Shown piece by piece: positions 55,701 through 64,000 of a stretch of 64,000 nucleotides of DNA. Both the position numbers and the translations under genes were made by a program. Every line of letters begins with the position of its first letter. The stretch's first letter is position 1. The DNA is taken from positions 1,078-65,077 of the forward strand of contig JAHHRI010000002.1 in assembly GCA_020025875.1 (NCBI GenBank), written 5' to 3'. Source of the DNA: Alphaproteobacteria bacterium (lineage in GTDB: Bacteria > Pseudomonadota > Alphaproteobacteria > RF32 > CAG-239). The notes below the pieces were generated by a model. The model made no database searches. It saw nothing but the letters and a program-made list of their open reading frames with translations, and was not told the origin of the DNA.

Positions 55701-56301
55701 TTCCGGTAAAAACATCAATATTTTGGTTATGGATACGGGCGTTTATTCCAACACCGGTGGTCAGCAGTCTAAAGCGACTCCGATGGGCGCTTCCGCCAAA
55801 TTTGCTACTGCCGGTAAGGCACTGCCGAAGAAAGATCTTGGTATGATTGCCATGTCTTACGGCAATGTCTATGTGGCTCAAATTTCCGTTGGTGCCAACG
55901 ATATGCAGACGATTAAGGCTCTAAACGAGGCAGAAGCTTATGACGGTCCGTCTCTGATTATTGCTTACTCGCACTGTATTGCCCAAGGCTTTAACTTGGC
56001 TGACGGTTTGGAACACCAGAAAAATGCCGTTGAAACAGGAAGCTGGCCGCTTTATCGTTACAATCCGGAAAACGTTGATGCCGGTAAGGCGCCGTTGATG
56101 CTTGACTCTAAAGCACCGAGCAAGCCGTTGTCCGACTATATGTCGAACGAAACCCGTTTTCAGGTTGTTAACAAGATGAACCCCGAACGTTATGAAACTT
56201 TGCTCAACAGAGCTCAGGAAAACGTTAAGGAAAAACGCAGCTTGTTGGAACATATGGCAGAATACAAAGTCGAAGAAACAGATTCTCCGGCTGCGGAATA
56301 A
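52720..56301 (+). CDS. nifJ: pyruvate:ferredoxin (flavodoxin) oxidoreductase
   Basis: 1193-aa single-chain PFOR. Has MDGNEAAASVAHRMNEV, two ferredoxin motifs (CIQCGKCSLVCPH and CTGCGICVSACP), and the TPP motif GGDGWAYDIGFGGLDH. Confidence 0.96.
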   Translation: MSEVKMKMMDGNEAAASVAHRMNEVCVIYPITPSSPMGEWADAWSAAKQKNLWGIVPEVQEMQSEAGAAGACHGSVQAGALTTTFTASQGLLLMIPNMYKIAGELSPFVMHVAARSLAYHALSIFGDHTDVMSCRQTGFAMLASNSVQEAHDMAAIAQTSTLRSRVPFMHFFDGFRTSHEIKKTKVLSDDDLRAMLEGVDYAFNAKHALRPEAPVVRGTAQNPDVFFQGREACNPYYDKVEGIVQEEMDKFAKISGRQYRVVDYTGAADAEQVIVIMGSGAETVEETISYLNDEGAKLGVLKVHLYRPFPEKSFLKALPKSVKVVSVLDRTKESGSIGEPLYLDVVATLTQAFANGEIANMPKIVGGRYGLSSKEFTPGMVKAVFDNGFAAHPINGFAVGITDDVTHKSLAFDDSIDTEPKDVVRAVFYGLGADGTVGANKNSIKIIAEDAGKYGQGYFVYDSRKSGSMTTSHLRFSDNPIKSAYLINKADFVACHQFPFMNKVDILKIAKPGATFLLNAPYDAKEVWNHLPIEVQEEIIAKKLNFYSINAIEVARETGMGQRINTVMQTCFFAISNILPKDEAIAQIKNAIKKTYSKKGDAIVQKNFAAVDASLAHLHKVEYPSEVTSTFRRQAPVPANAPEFVKKLTAELIADRGDKLPVSAFGEVVDGTWPTGTTQYEKRCIATEIPVWDPAVCIQCGKCSLVCPHGVIRMKIASEDELKNAPAGFKSAAYKGKEFAGKQFIWQMSPEDCTGCGICVSACPAKNKADPSKKAINMEHIENHLEEQVACWNFFEKLPYVKRTEVAKNLPKTTQMIQPLFEFSGACAGCGETPYVKLLTQLFGDRMVVANATGCSSIYSGNLPTTPYAKDEKGHGPAWANSLFEDNAEFGLGMRFSIDQQTAFAKKLLEDQKDQIGAELVEKILTNPQSTDAEIDEQRANVKALREKLATVDSEEAKHLNELADYLIKKSVWILGGDGWAYDIGFGGLDHAIASGKNINILVMDTGVYSNTGGQQSKATPMGASAKFATAGKALPKKDLGMIAMSYGNVYVAQISVGANDMQTIKALNEAEAYDGPSLIIAYSHCIAQGFNLADGLEHQKNAVETGSWPLYRYNPENVDAGKAPLMLDSKAPSKPLSDYMSNETRFQVVNKMNPERYETLLNRAQENVKEKRSLLEHMAEYKVEETDSPAAE

Positions 56302-56319
56302 GCCTTGCTTTGACAGCAC

Positions 56320-56351
56320 AAAAAAGCACCTCTGACGAGGTGCTTTTTTTG
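56320..56351 (+). terminator. intrinsic terminator after nifJ
   Basis: AGCACCTC (56325-56332) pairs with GAGGTGCT (56337-56344), loop TGAC, then a T7 run. Confidence 0.8.
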
Positions 56352-56541
56352 TGCAGACGGCACCCATCTGTTCTAACGGAAAATATTGATAAAGAAAAAA
56401 CGTGTTTTATGCTTTTGTTTTACAAAGCTTAGGTTGCGCTTGCCGTAGTGCTTTTCTTGAGAAGATGAGATTTTTAAAGCTTTACAAACACTTTTTCGCA
56501 AGGCATAATGAAAAACATAAAACTTATGGAGTGTAGAGGGC

Positions 56542-57702
56542 ATGGAAGGCGCCGTATGTCTGCATAACGCAACCATCTATACCGGTTTTTCGGTGATGAA
56601 AAACTGTGCAATTTATGTCAAAAATGGCAAAATTGCCGATGTTTATAATGAAAAGAGATTTCAGCAAAAAAAATTTTCTCCCAAAGTGAGAATTATTGAT
56701 ATGTGCGGAGCCAATATTGTTCCGGGGTTTATTGATACACATATTCACGGCAGCGGGGGGTTTAGCACCGACGATATGACCGCCGAATCTATTCTCGGAT
56801 TGTCGGAATTTTTGGCAGGTTTTGGGGTGTCGGCCTTTATCCCGACCATCAGCGCCACGCCGGAAGCCGAGTTGATGAAAAAAATTAAAGCCGTTGTGAA
56901 AGCCATGGGGAAAGAAAAAGGCGCGCGGATCTTGGGGATTCATCTGGAAGGGCCGTTTTTATCACCGGCACGGATCGGTGGACAGCCTGCCGAGGGGATT
57001 TCGCCGGTCGATTTGCCGTTGATGGAGCGAATCTATAAGGCGGCTAAAGGAAAAATCATCAACATGACGGTGGCGCCGGAGTTGAAAAATATGCGCGAAT
57101 TGGCGCTTTACTGCATTGAACGCAACATTATTTTGCAAGCAGGGCACACCGATGCAACCTACGAACAGATGATTGAGGGGATGCAGGTGAATATTGTGCA
57201 CCTGACGCATATGTTTAATGCCATGAGACCGTTGCACCACAGAGAGCCGGGGGTGGTCGGCGCAGGACTGATACATCGGGAAATTTCCTGTGAATTTATC
57301 GGCGACGGCGTGCATACCAATCCCAACCTGATAAAGCTTTTGATACAGAGCAAAACGGCGGATAAGCTGGTGCTGATTACCGATGCGCTGAAATATGCTC
57401 AGGTAACGCCGCCGGCAGATGCCGACTTCTATTTTGACAAATGTTTCAAACGTAAGCTTGATGAGGTGATTATCGGGTCCGGCATAACCATGCTTGATGG
57501 TTTTCGCAATTTGATTGCCTACGGCGTTTCGCCCGAAGATGCGGTGCGGATGGCCGCGGTTAATCCGGCGCGGATTATGCAACAAAGCGAGCGCGGGACA
57601 CTTGTCCCCGGCCGCGTGGCAGACTTAAACATTATGGACAAGAACTTTAACCTGATTGACAGCATGATCGGCGGCAATTTTGTACGGGAGAAAAAAATAT
57701 GA
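56542..57702 (+). CDS. nagA: N-acetylglucosamine-6-phosphate deacetylase
   Basis: [23 protein letters not shown] and HLTHMFNAM metal-binding blocks. Confidence 0.92.
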   Translation: MEGAVCLHNATIYTGFSVMKNCAIYVKNGKIADVYNEKRFQQKKFSPKVRIIDMCGANIVPGFIDTHIHGSGGFSTDDMTAESILGLSEFLAGFGVSAFIPTISATPEAELMKKIKAVVKAMGKEKGARILGIHLEGPFLSPARIGGQPAEGISPVDLPLMERIYKAAKGKIINMTVAPELKNMRELALYCIERNIILQAGHTDATYEQMIEGMQVNIVHLTHMFNAMRPLHHREPGVVGAGLIHREISCEFIGDGVHTNPNLIKLLIQSKTADKLVLITDALKYAQVTPPADADFYFDKCFKRKLDEVIIGSGITMLDGFRNLIAYGVSPEDAVRMAAVNPARIMQQSERGTLVPGRVADLNIMDKNFNLIDSMIGGNFVREKKI

Positions 57703-58505
57703 GAGTGATTATTAAAAAAGATTATGACGCTTGTTCTTTGTGGGCGGCAAATTATGTGGCGTATAAAATTAAATCTTTCCGTCCGACAAGGGAAAAGCCT
57801 TTTGTATTGGGGCTGCCCACCGGTTCGACGCCGCTGGGAATGTACCGACTGCTGATTGAAATGGTGAAAGAAGGGAAACTTTCGTTTGCCAATGTGGTCA
57901 CTTTTAACATGGACGAATATATCGGCTTGCCGCCGGCACATCCCCAAAGCTATCACTATTTTATGGAAGATCATTTTTTCAGACATATTGATATTCGCCC
58001 CGAAAACATCAATTTGTTAAACGGAATGACGCGCGACTTTGGTAAGGAATGTGCGGAATATGAGGAAAAAATCCGTAAATACGGCAAGATACATCTGTTT
58101 ATCGGCGGGGTTGGCGAGGACGGGCATATTGCCTTTAACGAACCGGGATCGTCACTGGCATCGCGCACCCGCGTTAAAACGCTGACACGCGATACGATTA
58201 AGGCAAATTCCCGCTTTTTTGAAGGAGACGAAAGCCAAGTGCCGACCATGGCGCTAACTGTCGGCGTGGGGACGATTATGGATGCGGAAGAAGTGATGAT
58301 TCTTGCCACCGGCGCTAAAAAAGCGCGCGCCTTGCGCCATGCGATTGAGTGCGGTGTTAATCATATGTGGCCGGTCAGTATGCTGCAAATGCACCGCTAT
58401 GGGATCATTGTTTGTGATGAGCCGGCGGTCAGCGAATTGAAATCGGACAGCGTGCAATATTTTAAGGACATCGAAAGCCGGAAAATGCCGCCACGCGGCA
58501 GCTGA
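57699..58505 (+). CDS. nagB: glucosamine-6-phosphate deaminase
   Basis: [17 protein letters not shown] and [16 protein letters not shown]. Overlaps the nagA stop. Confidence 0.95.
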   Translation: MRVIIKKDYDACSLWAANYVAYKIKSFRPTREKPFVLGLPTGSTPLGMYRLLIEMVKEGKLSFANVVTFNMDEYIGLPPAHPQSYHYFMEDHFFRHIDIRPENINLLNGMTRDFGKECAEYEEKIRKYGKIHLFIGGVGEDGHIAFNEPGSSLASRTRVKTLTRDTIKANSRFFEGDESQVPTMALTVGVGTIMDAEEVMILATGAKKARALRHAIECGVNHMWPVSMLQMHRYGIIVCDEPAVSELKSDSVQYFKDIESRKMPPRGS

Positions 58506-58595
58506 TTGTCGGAGTGAAAATGCCGCCGTTTTTTGCTCTTGCCAAGCGTTGTTTTTTTTCTTATATTTCATGCAAATACTAAGGGAAGAACAAAA

Positions 58596-59639
58596 ATGGT
58601 TGAAGTGGTGACGTTGGGCTGTCGGATAAACAGTTACGAGTCTGAAATTCTAAAGGAAAAATTTGCCGATACCGATCAATTGGTGATTGTTAATACCTGC
58701 GCGGTGACACGCGAGGCAGAACGGCAATGTCGGCAGACGGTGCGGCGGTTGAGGCGAGAACGCCCGCAGGCCAAAATCGTGGTGACCGGTTGCGCCGCGC
58801 AAATTAATCCGAAGGCGTTTGCCCGTATGCCGGAGGTGGATTTGGTGCTCGGCAATCGGGAAAAAGCAGAGCTGGAAAAATATATTCAAAATGAAATTGT
58901 TGAAAAAACAATCGTCGGTGATATTTTCAGTTATGATCAATATGACAACTTTTTAATTACCGGTTTTGAGGGCCGCCAGCGGGCTTTTGTGCAGATTCAG
59001 CAAGGTTGCGACCATCGCTGTACCTATTGTATTGTGCCGTTTGCCCGCGGCAACAATCGCTCGGTTCCGGAGGACGAAGTGTTGCGCCAGATCGGCGTGT
59101 TGCTGGAACGGGGGTTTGAACAAATCTGTTTGACCGGAGTCGATGCTTGTTCTTATCGGCCTTCTTTTGCCGGATTGGTGAAGAAAATTTTGGAAACATT
59201 TCCCAATTTGCCATCGCTGCAATTCGGATCGTTGGATCCGGCAGCGGTTGATGATGAATTTATTGCCTTGGTCGGAAGCCATCAGAACGTTTGGCCTCAT
59301 TTTCATCTTTCGGTACAGTCGGGCGACAATATGATTTTGAAAAGAATGCGCCGTCGTCATAGCCGCGAGGACGTGATCAATCTATGTGCCAAAATTCGTG
59401 CCGTGCGGCCGGAGGCAACTTTTGGGGCTGACTTTATCTGCGGTTTTCCGACAGAAAGCGACGAGGCATTTGCCAACACGGTGAAATTGGTCGAAGATGC
59501 GGGAATTGACAGGCTGCACGTGTTTCCGTACTCCGAACGTCCCGGAACACCGGCGGCGTTGATGCCGCAAGTGCCGGTTGAAGTGCGACGGGAAAGAGCC
59601 AAAATTTTACGCGGGAAAGGAGAGGTTGTTGATGGTTAG
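58596..59639 (+). CDS. mtaB: tRNA methylthiotransferase MtaB-like radical SAM enzyme (no TRAM domain)
   Basis: The N-terminus VVTLGCRINSYESE is the UPF0004 domain, and the radical SAM motif is QGCDHRCTYCIVP. The protein ends shortly after FPYSERPGTPA. Start set at the ATG at 58596. Confidence 0.85.
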   Translation: MVEVVTLGCRINSYESEILKEKFADTDQLVIVNTCAVTREAERQCRQTVRRLRRERPQAKIVVTGCAAQINPKAFARMPEVDLVLGNREKAELEKYIQNEIVEKTIVGDIFSYDQYDNFLITGFEGRQRAFVQIQQGCDHRCTYCIVPFARGNNRSVPEDEVLRQIGVLLERGFEQICLTGVDACSYRPSFAGLVKKILETFPNLPSLQFGSLDPAAVDDEFIALVGSHQNVWPHFHLSVQSGDNMILKRMRRRHSREDVINLCAKIRAVRPEATFGADFICGFPTESDEAFANTVKLVEDAGIDRLHVFPYSERPGTPAALMPQVPVEVRRERAKILRGKGEVVDG

Positions 59640-60546
59640 TTGGTTGGAAAAACTGGGACTGGGGTTGAAAAAGTCATCGCAGAAAATCGGCGGTGGCATC
59701 AGTGATATCTTTACCAAAAAAAGACTGGATACGGAAACGCTGGCAGAGCTGGAAGATTTGCTGATTGCATCAGACGTAGGCGTTAAAACGGCGGCAAAAA
59801 TTGTCAATGAATTTTCCAAAATGAGGCAAGACAAAGAGATTTCCGTGCAGGAAATTCGAGAAAAACTGGCGGCGGAATTGGCAAAGATTTTGTTTCCTTG
59901 TGAACGGAAGTTTGCGGTTTCTGACAACAAAAGACCGTTTGTCGTTTTGATGGCAGGGGTCAACGGTGCCGGCAAAACCACCACCATCGGCAAGCTGGCA
60001 ACAAAACTAAAAGCCCAAGGGTTGCAGGTTTCTTTGATTGCGGCAGACACTTTTCGGGCGGCGGCGGTTGAGCAATTAAAAGTATGGGGTGAGCGTTCAA
60101 AGGTGAGGGTTTTTGCCGGCGAAGACGGTTGCGACAGTGCCGGATTGTGTTTTGACGGTCTGAAGGAGGCGCTTGTTAAAGGTGATGATGTGGTGTTTGT
60201 TGATACGGCAGGCAGGTTGCAAAATAAAAACGGTCTGATGGATGAGTTGAAAAAAATTGTGCGGGTTATGCAAAAAGTGGTACCTGACGCCCCGCACGAA
60301 ACGCTTTTGACATTAGATGCCACGACCGGACAAAACGCGCTTTCGCAAGTGGCGGTTTTTAAACAATGTGTGGCTGTTTCCGGACTGGTGATTACCAAGC
60401 TCGACGGAACGGCTAAAGGCGGCGTGGTGGCTGCCATTGCCGGCGAAAATCCGACCCCCGTCTATTATATCGGCGTTGGTGAAGGAATAGACGATTTGGA
60501 CGAATTTCGGGCAGCGGATTATGCGCGAAATTTGGTTGGTTTATGA
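59632..60546 (+). CDS. ftsY: signal recognition particle receptor FtsY
   Basis: GVNGAGKTTTIGKLA, DTAGRLQN and TKLDGTAKGG. The ATG at 59632 overlaps the mtaB stop by 8 nt. Confidence 0.95.
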   Translation: MVSWLEKLGLGLKKSSQKIGGGISDIFTKKRLDTETLAELEDLLIASDVGVKTAAKIVNEFSKMRQDKEISVQEIREKLAAELAKILFPCERKFAVSDNKRPFVVLMAGVNGAGKTTTIGKLATKLKAQGLQVSLIAADTFRAAAVEQLKVWGERSKVRVFAGEDGCDSAGLCFDGLKEALVKGDDVVFVDTAGRLQNKNGLMDELKKIVRVMQKVVPDAPHETLLTLDATTGQNALSQVAVFKQCVAVSGLVITKLDGTAKGGVVAAIAGENPTPVYYIGVGEGIDDLDEFRAADYARNLVGL

Positions 60547-60860
60547 TGGGCTTGCAACAACAAAAGCCTCTTTCTTGAGCTGCTGCGGACGGATCTTTGT
60601 TGCAAAATGCTGAATTTGTTTGACAATAATAGCGTAAGATAGTAACATTTAAATGTTTATTTATGAGTATGTTCATTATTAGGTTTATTTTTGATTGTTG
60701 TTTTTTGAGTTCCGCTCAAGACGATGATTGTTAAAATTGTGGCCGAAATTGAAGTAACTCTGCAAATAGGCAATTTTCCGGATGCTTTTGCATCGTCTCT
60801 CGGAAAATTTCATAATTTTACCCAATCGGAGACTAGGGCGCCATTAAAACAAATTATATT

Positions 60861-61916
60861 ATGGCAAAGATTTCAAAAAACAATGGTATGATTTTCTCAA
60901 AAGCTAAAATGCTTTGGCAATGGATTTACAGAATAGGGGCAGCCGTGCTTGAAGGAGCTGTAGGGCTGTTCTTTGTTCTGGTGATGATCTTCATCATTTT
61001 TAATCCACTCTTTTTTATTCCGCTCTGCCTTCTTGCACCGCAAAGGGCAGCAAAACTTTTAGGAGTGGAGATGGTGCTGACAGATATAATGAAGGTGTTG
61101 TATACGCCGTTCATTGCTCTTCTGCCTTTTAGGTGGAAGAAGCATTTTATGGTGGTGTATGGCTTGAGTTCGTATTCAAACAAGATGCAATGTCGTTATT
61201 TTGCATCTGTGAAAAGCCAGAAAAAGAGGACTGAGCTGCTGAAAAGAGAAATGTCTCTTGAGGCTATCAGCTTTCTTTGGGCACAAAGTGAACACGATGT
61301 GCGCGAAGAAATCATCTTAGCAGATGTGGTCTTGAACGACAAACAATTTAAAATGTTGGTCGACAAAGAAGAAACACTGCTTATAAGACGATACCTGAGC
61401 AAGAGAACACCGTCTGAAGCTATGCTGCAGATGTTGTTGTCGGCACGGATGGCGGAGCCTTTCCTTTTCTGCGTTGAGCAGTATGGTCTGTCCGCTCGTT
61501 TGATAGGCGAAGTGTTTGCTTTGGAAAAGCTCAGCGGTTCAGATATGGAAAGTGAACGTTCTAAAATGTTCCGTCAACAAATCGTTGGCTTGACACAGCA
61601 AGCACTGAACCGATACGCTCAGCGACAGATGGTGCGGCAAGCCCATAGTCAGGAGGAATGGCAACTCTTTTTGCAGCAGCAAGACAGTTTGTGTCTGGCG
61701 GCGCAAAAGATGATGAATGTTTGGCAGTATAATGTATATCATGCTGCTGGCTTCCATCTTTCTGCCGAGGCAATCGTATGGTTCCTCAGCAAGGGAGATG
61801 CGTCAATGTGGAGATGTATTTTGAAATACGAACCCCAAAGCGCATTCAACGGAGAGGCGCAAGCCTTAATCAATGCCAATCCTCAGCTGATGAGTTTAGC
61901 TTTGAGTAACTCTTAA
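60861..61916 (+). CDS. hypothetical membrane-anchored helical protein
   Basis: 351 aa. Has N-terminal hydrophobic helices (AVGLFFVLVMIFIIFNPLFFIPLCLL), and the remainder is helical and Q/L-rich. No family recognised. Confidence 0.6.
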   Translation: MAKISKNNGMIFSKAKMLWQWIYRIGAAVLEGAVGLFFVLVMIFIIFNPLFFIPLCLLAPQRAAKLLGVEMVLTDIMKVLYTPFIALLPFRWKKHFMVVYGLSSYSNKMQCRYFASVKSQKKRTELLKREMSLEAISFLWAQSEHDVREEIILADVVLNDKQFKMLVDKEETLLIRRYLSKRTPSEAMLQMLLSARMAEPFLFCVEQYGLSARLIGEVFALEKLSGSDMESERSKMFRQQIVGLTQQALNRYAQRQMVRQAHSQEEWQLFLQQQDSLCLAAQKMMNVWQYNVYHAAGFHLSAEAIVWFLSKGDASMWRCILKYEPQSAFNGEAQALINANPQLMSLALSNS

Positions 61917-61918
61917 AT

Positions 61919-61962
61919 AAAAAAAGCGTTTTCTTTCGATTATGAAGGAAAACGCTTTTTTT
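61919..61962. terminator. bidirectional intrinsic terminator
   Basis: 11-bp stem AGCGTTTTCTT pairs with AAGGAAAACGCT, with a flanking A-run and T-run. Confidence 0.8.
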
Positions 61963-62128
61963 GTTGTCTTGGCTGCGGTTGTTTTGCTTCTGTTTTCAAA
62001 TGATGGTTACGCCAGACTTGTTTTTTGAGCGGACAGTGTCTTGGGTGAGGCAGCAGGTATCGGGGCAGCTTGAAATGGAACAGGCTTTTGTGGCAATTCC
62101 CTTATGCTGCCGTGCGGAAAAGAAAAGT

Positions 62129-63151
62129 TTACCCGCAGAACAGTGCCGATGCCTGAATACGAACTTTTTGCATCAAGGTGGAAAAAGGGTAGTCCGTCAG
62201 TTGATTGATGTTTATGAAAAAACCGTCATCAATGGGAGAAATATCTTGTTTTAAGTGCAGCGTGTATATTTTTAGTGTCAGACGTATGTGGGTAAAAATG
62301 TGAAGAACCGTTAGCCCGCTGTCTGAAGCATTGGCAACCATCGGAGAACCGTCATCTGTCCATGGAAATTCATATAGACCGGAAAGCAGACCTTTTTCGG
62401 AACGTTTGCGGATCAGAATTTCTTTTTTTTCGTTGAATATCAGGTAGACACTGCCGTTCTTGTCTTTTTTTGTCGGTTTGGCGCGGTTGGGAATTTGCTC
62501 AAGTTCCGGCAGCCCGCGGGACAGACAATCTTGCTGCCAAGGACAAAGCGGGCATTGTGGCTTTTTGGGCGTGCAAATCATTGCGCCCAGATCCATGATT
62601 GCGGAAGCATAATCGGCGGGATGTTGCCGATCGGTCAGGGCAGATGCTTTTTCGCGGATAAGGTTTTCTATTTCGCCGATCGGGGACATCAGCCGGTATA
62701 GTCGGCAAATAATGCGGATAACGTTGCCGTCGACGACGGTTTCCGGCAGGTTGAACGCAAGCGCGAGAAAGCTGGCGGCCGTATAGCTGCCGATACCTTT
62801 TAGTTTTAAGACGTCTTCCCGTTTTTGCGGAAACTGTCCGTTGAGATTGCGGACAATGGTTTGTGCGGCGGTATGCAACGCTTTGGCGCGCCTGTAGTAG
62901 CCAAGCCCCTGCCAATGACGGTAAACTTCTTCCAAATCGGCAGCCGCCAAACATTCTACCGTAGGAAAACGCTTCATAAAAGGCGTGAAGTAGTTAAGAA
63001 CGGTTTTTACGGTTGTTTGTTGCAACATAAATTCGGAAACCAGAACAACATAGGGATCGCTGTGAGCGCCTCCCTTTTTTCGCCACGGAAGTGTGCGTCC
63101 GTTATCTTGGTACCATTTGAGCAGCCGTGTTGAGTGTTTTTGTTTTGTCAT
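62129..63151 (-). CDS. mutY: A/G-specific adenine DNA glycosylase
   Basis: PWR...DPYVVLVSEFMLQQT, an HhH-GPD block (LKGIGSYTA), and the Fe-S cluster CTPKKPQCPLCPWQQDC. Has a NUDIX-like C-domain. Confidence 0.93.
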   Translation of the reverse strand: MTKQKHSTRLLKWYQDNGRTLPWRKKGGAHSDPYVVLVSEFMLQQTTVKTVLNYFTPFMKRFPTVECLAAADLEEVYRHWQGLGYYRRAKALHTAAQTIVRNLNGQFPQKREDVLKLKGIGSYTAASFLALAFNLPETVVDGNVIRIICRLYRLMSPIGEIENLIREKASALTDRQHPADYASAIMDLGAMICTPKKPQCPLCPWQQDCLSRGLPELEQIPNRAKPTKKDKNGSVYLIFNEKKEILIRKRSEKGLLSGLYEFPWTDDGSPMVANASDSGLTVLHIFTHIRLTLKIYTLHLKQDISPIDDGFFININQLTDYPFSTLMQKVRIQASALFCG

Positions 63152-63256
63152 ACCGTAACTATACGAGTTTATGGGAAAAATGTCTATTTTAAAAGGGCAT
63201 TAATGATGTGTCAAAAACACTTCAGCCTCCCGTTGAATGTGGGAGGCTGTGAAGAT

Positions 63257-63344
63257 TGGTGCCCTGAAGAAGACTCGAACTTCCACGACCAAACCGGTCA
63301 CAAGTACCTGAAACTTGCGCGTCTACCAATTCCGCCATCAGGGC
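63257..63344 (-). tRNA. tRNA-Leu (anticodon CAG), class II with a long variable arm
   Basis: Reverse complement is GCCCTGATGGCGGAATTGGTAGACGCGCAAGTTTCAGGTACTTGTGACCGGTTTGGTCGTGGAAGTTCGAGTCTTCTTCAGGGCACCA. The anticodon loop is TTCAGGT, and CCA is encoded. Confidence 0.95.
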
Positions 63345-63538
63345 AACGGGTATTTTAATAGCTGGATTTTTTTTATTAGTCAATAGTTTTTGTAAATTTT
63401 TTCTGAAATTATGCGAAAAAAAACGGTATAAGGCAATCTTGGAGAATGTCATGCAAATTGATAAAGACATCACGGGCGTTCGGAGCCATGTTTCGATATT
63501 TGCGAGATACGGCAAAAGAAAAACGCCCGCCCGAAAGG

Positions 63539-64000
63539 TTATATGTATCCGTACGAGTGGAGGAGGAGAAAAATCCCCAAACCGATGCGGTAGATGACAA
63601 ACGGCAGAAAAGTGTAGCGCTTTAACCATTTCATCATAATAAAAATGGCGGCGATGGAAGCCACGAAGGAGTAACCTATGCCGCTTAAGGCATAGATCAG
63701 GTTTTCGTTGTTGCCGCTTTGCCAAATTTCTACAGCGACCAAAAGACCGGCGCCGGCTATGGCGGGAATCGAGAGCAACATACAGAATTTGGCGGCTTCG
63801 CGACGTTTTAGCTTAAGAAAACGGCTGGCGGTGATGGTAATGCCCGAACGGCTTGTGCCGGGGATCATTGCCAGACATTGCATCAGACCAATCAGAAAAG
63901 CATCTTTATATGACATATCGTCAATGGTATATTTTGAAGGCATAAAATGATCCGCCACCCACAGAAGAATGCCAAACAGCAAGATATTCCAACCGATAAT
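63539..64000 (-). CDS. uppP: undecaprenyl-diphosphate phosphatase (partial, runs off the window)
   Basis: AMIPGTSRSGITI signature and a polytopic membrane pattern. The reading frame is open to the window edge, so the N-terminus is missing. Confidence 0.9.
   Translation of the reverse strand: MIGWNILLFGILLWVADHFMPSKYTIDDMSYKDAFLIGLMQCLAMIPGTSRSGITITASRFLKLKRREAAKFCMLLSIPAIAGAGLLVAVEIWQSGNNENLIYALSGIGYSFVASIAAIFIMMKWLKRYTFLPFVIYRIGLGIFLLLHSYGYI

Noticed and set aside
54046-55881. A 611-aa ORF antisense to nifJ, with a 405-aa companion at 52723..53940.
   Set aside because: Both lie entirely inside, and opposite to, a gene with unmistakable PFOR motifs. Their translations are low-complexity (F/N/R/G/I-rich) with no motifs or RBS. 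Long antisense frames of this kind are a known by-product of codon bias.

Overview
This is a densely coding 64-kb chromosomal window. It reads like an alphaproteobacterium-type genome. That assignment is an inference from an RpoH-type sigma factor with the QKKLFFNLR box, a long-linker FtsZ ending in DIPSFLRRR, and the neighbourhoods maf-rng-yacG, rluD-rpoH and mtaB-ftsY. No database search was possible, so every product call rests on motifs read by eye in the supplied translations.

Most of the window is housekeeping:
- Cell wall and division: murA, then murF-nrdR-nusB-def-fmt, and a very compact cluster mraY-ftsW-murG-murB-ftsQ-ftsA-ftsZ on the minus strand.
- Envelope and transport: a three-gene RND efflux operon, fadL divergent from an aas-type acyltransferase/acyl-ACP synthetase fusion, two paralogous small beta-barrel OMPs and an OmpA-family lipoprotein.
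- Regulation and RNA or DNA processing: dksA, maf, rng, yacG, ispA-xseB, an ArsR-type regulator, rluD-rpoH, mtaB-ftsY and mutY.
- Metabolism: pyruvate:ferredoxin oxidoreductase, nagA-nagB and a ROK kinase.
- Other: a partial uppP at the right edge, tRNA-Thr(GGU) and tRNA-Leu(CAG).

Two regions are not explained by core functions.
1. 41.4-48.8 kb holds a minus-strand run of six genes. It ends in a VirD4/TraG-family type IV coupling ATPase. The five genes before it are uncharacterised: a small membrane anchor, an acidic protein, a 597-aa Q/K/N-rich coiled-coil protein, and two membrane proteins sharing a paralogous N-terminal module. One of those two carries an Arg/Asp-repeat linker, encoded partly by a 12-bp tandem repeat, and a NERD-like C-terminal domain. 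No T4SS channel, pilus or relaxase gene is present anywhere in the window. This is my best candidate for an undescribed system.
2. About 2.9-5.4 kb is a visibly AT-rich islet abutting the 3' end of tRNA-Thr. It carries a small serine recombinase, a hix-like dyad, a hairpin-dense leader, a short lipoprotein ORF and an orphan cytoplasmic ORF.

Smaller oddities include a 121-bp tandem duplication copying the yacG 3' end and its terminator, a DksA with one of four zinc-finger cysteines, a GGDEF-fold protein without the GGDEF motif, an orphan type IV pilin-like gene, an MtaB without a TRAM domain, and an HExxH protein at the left edge.
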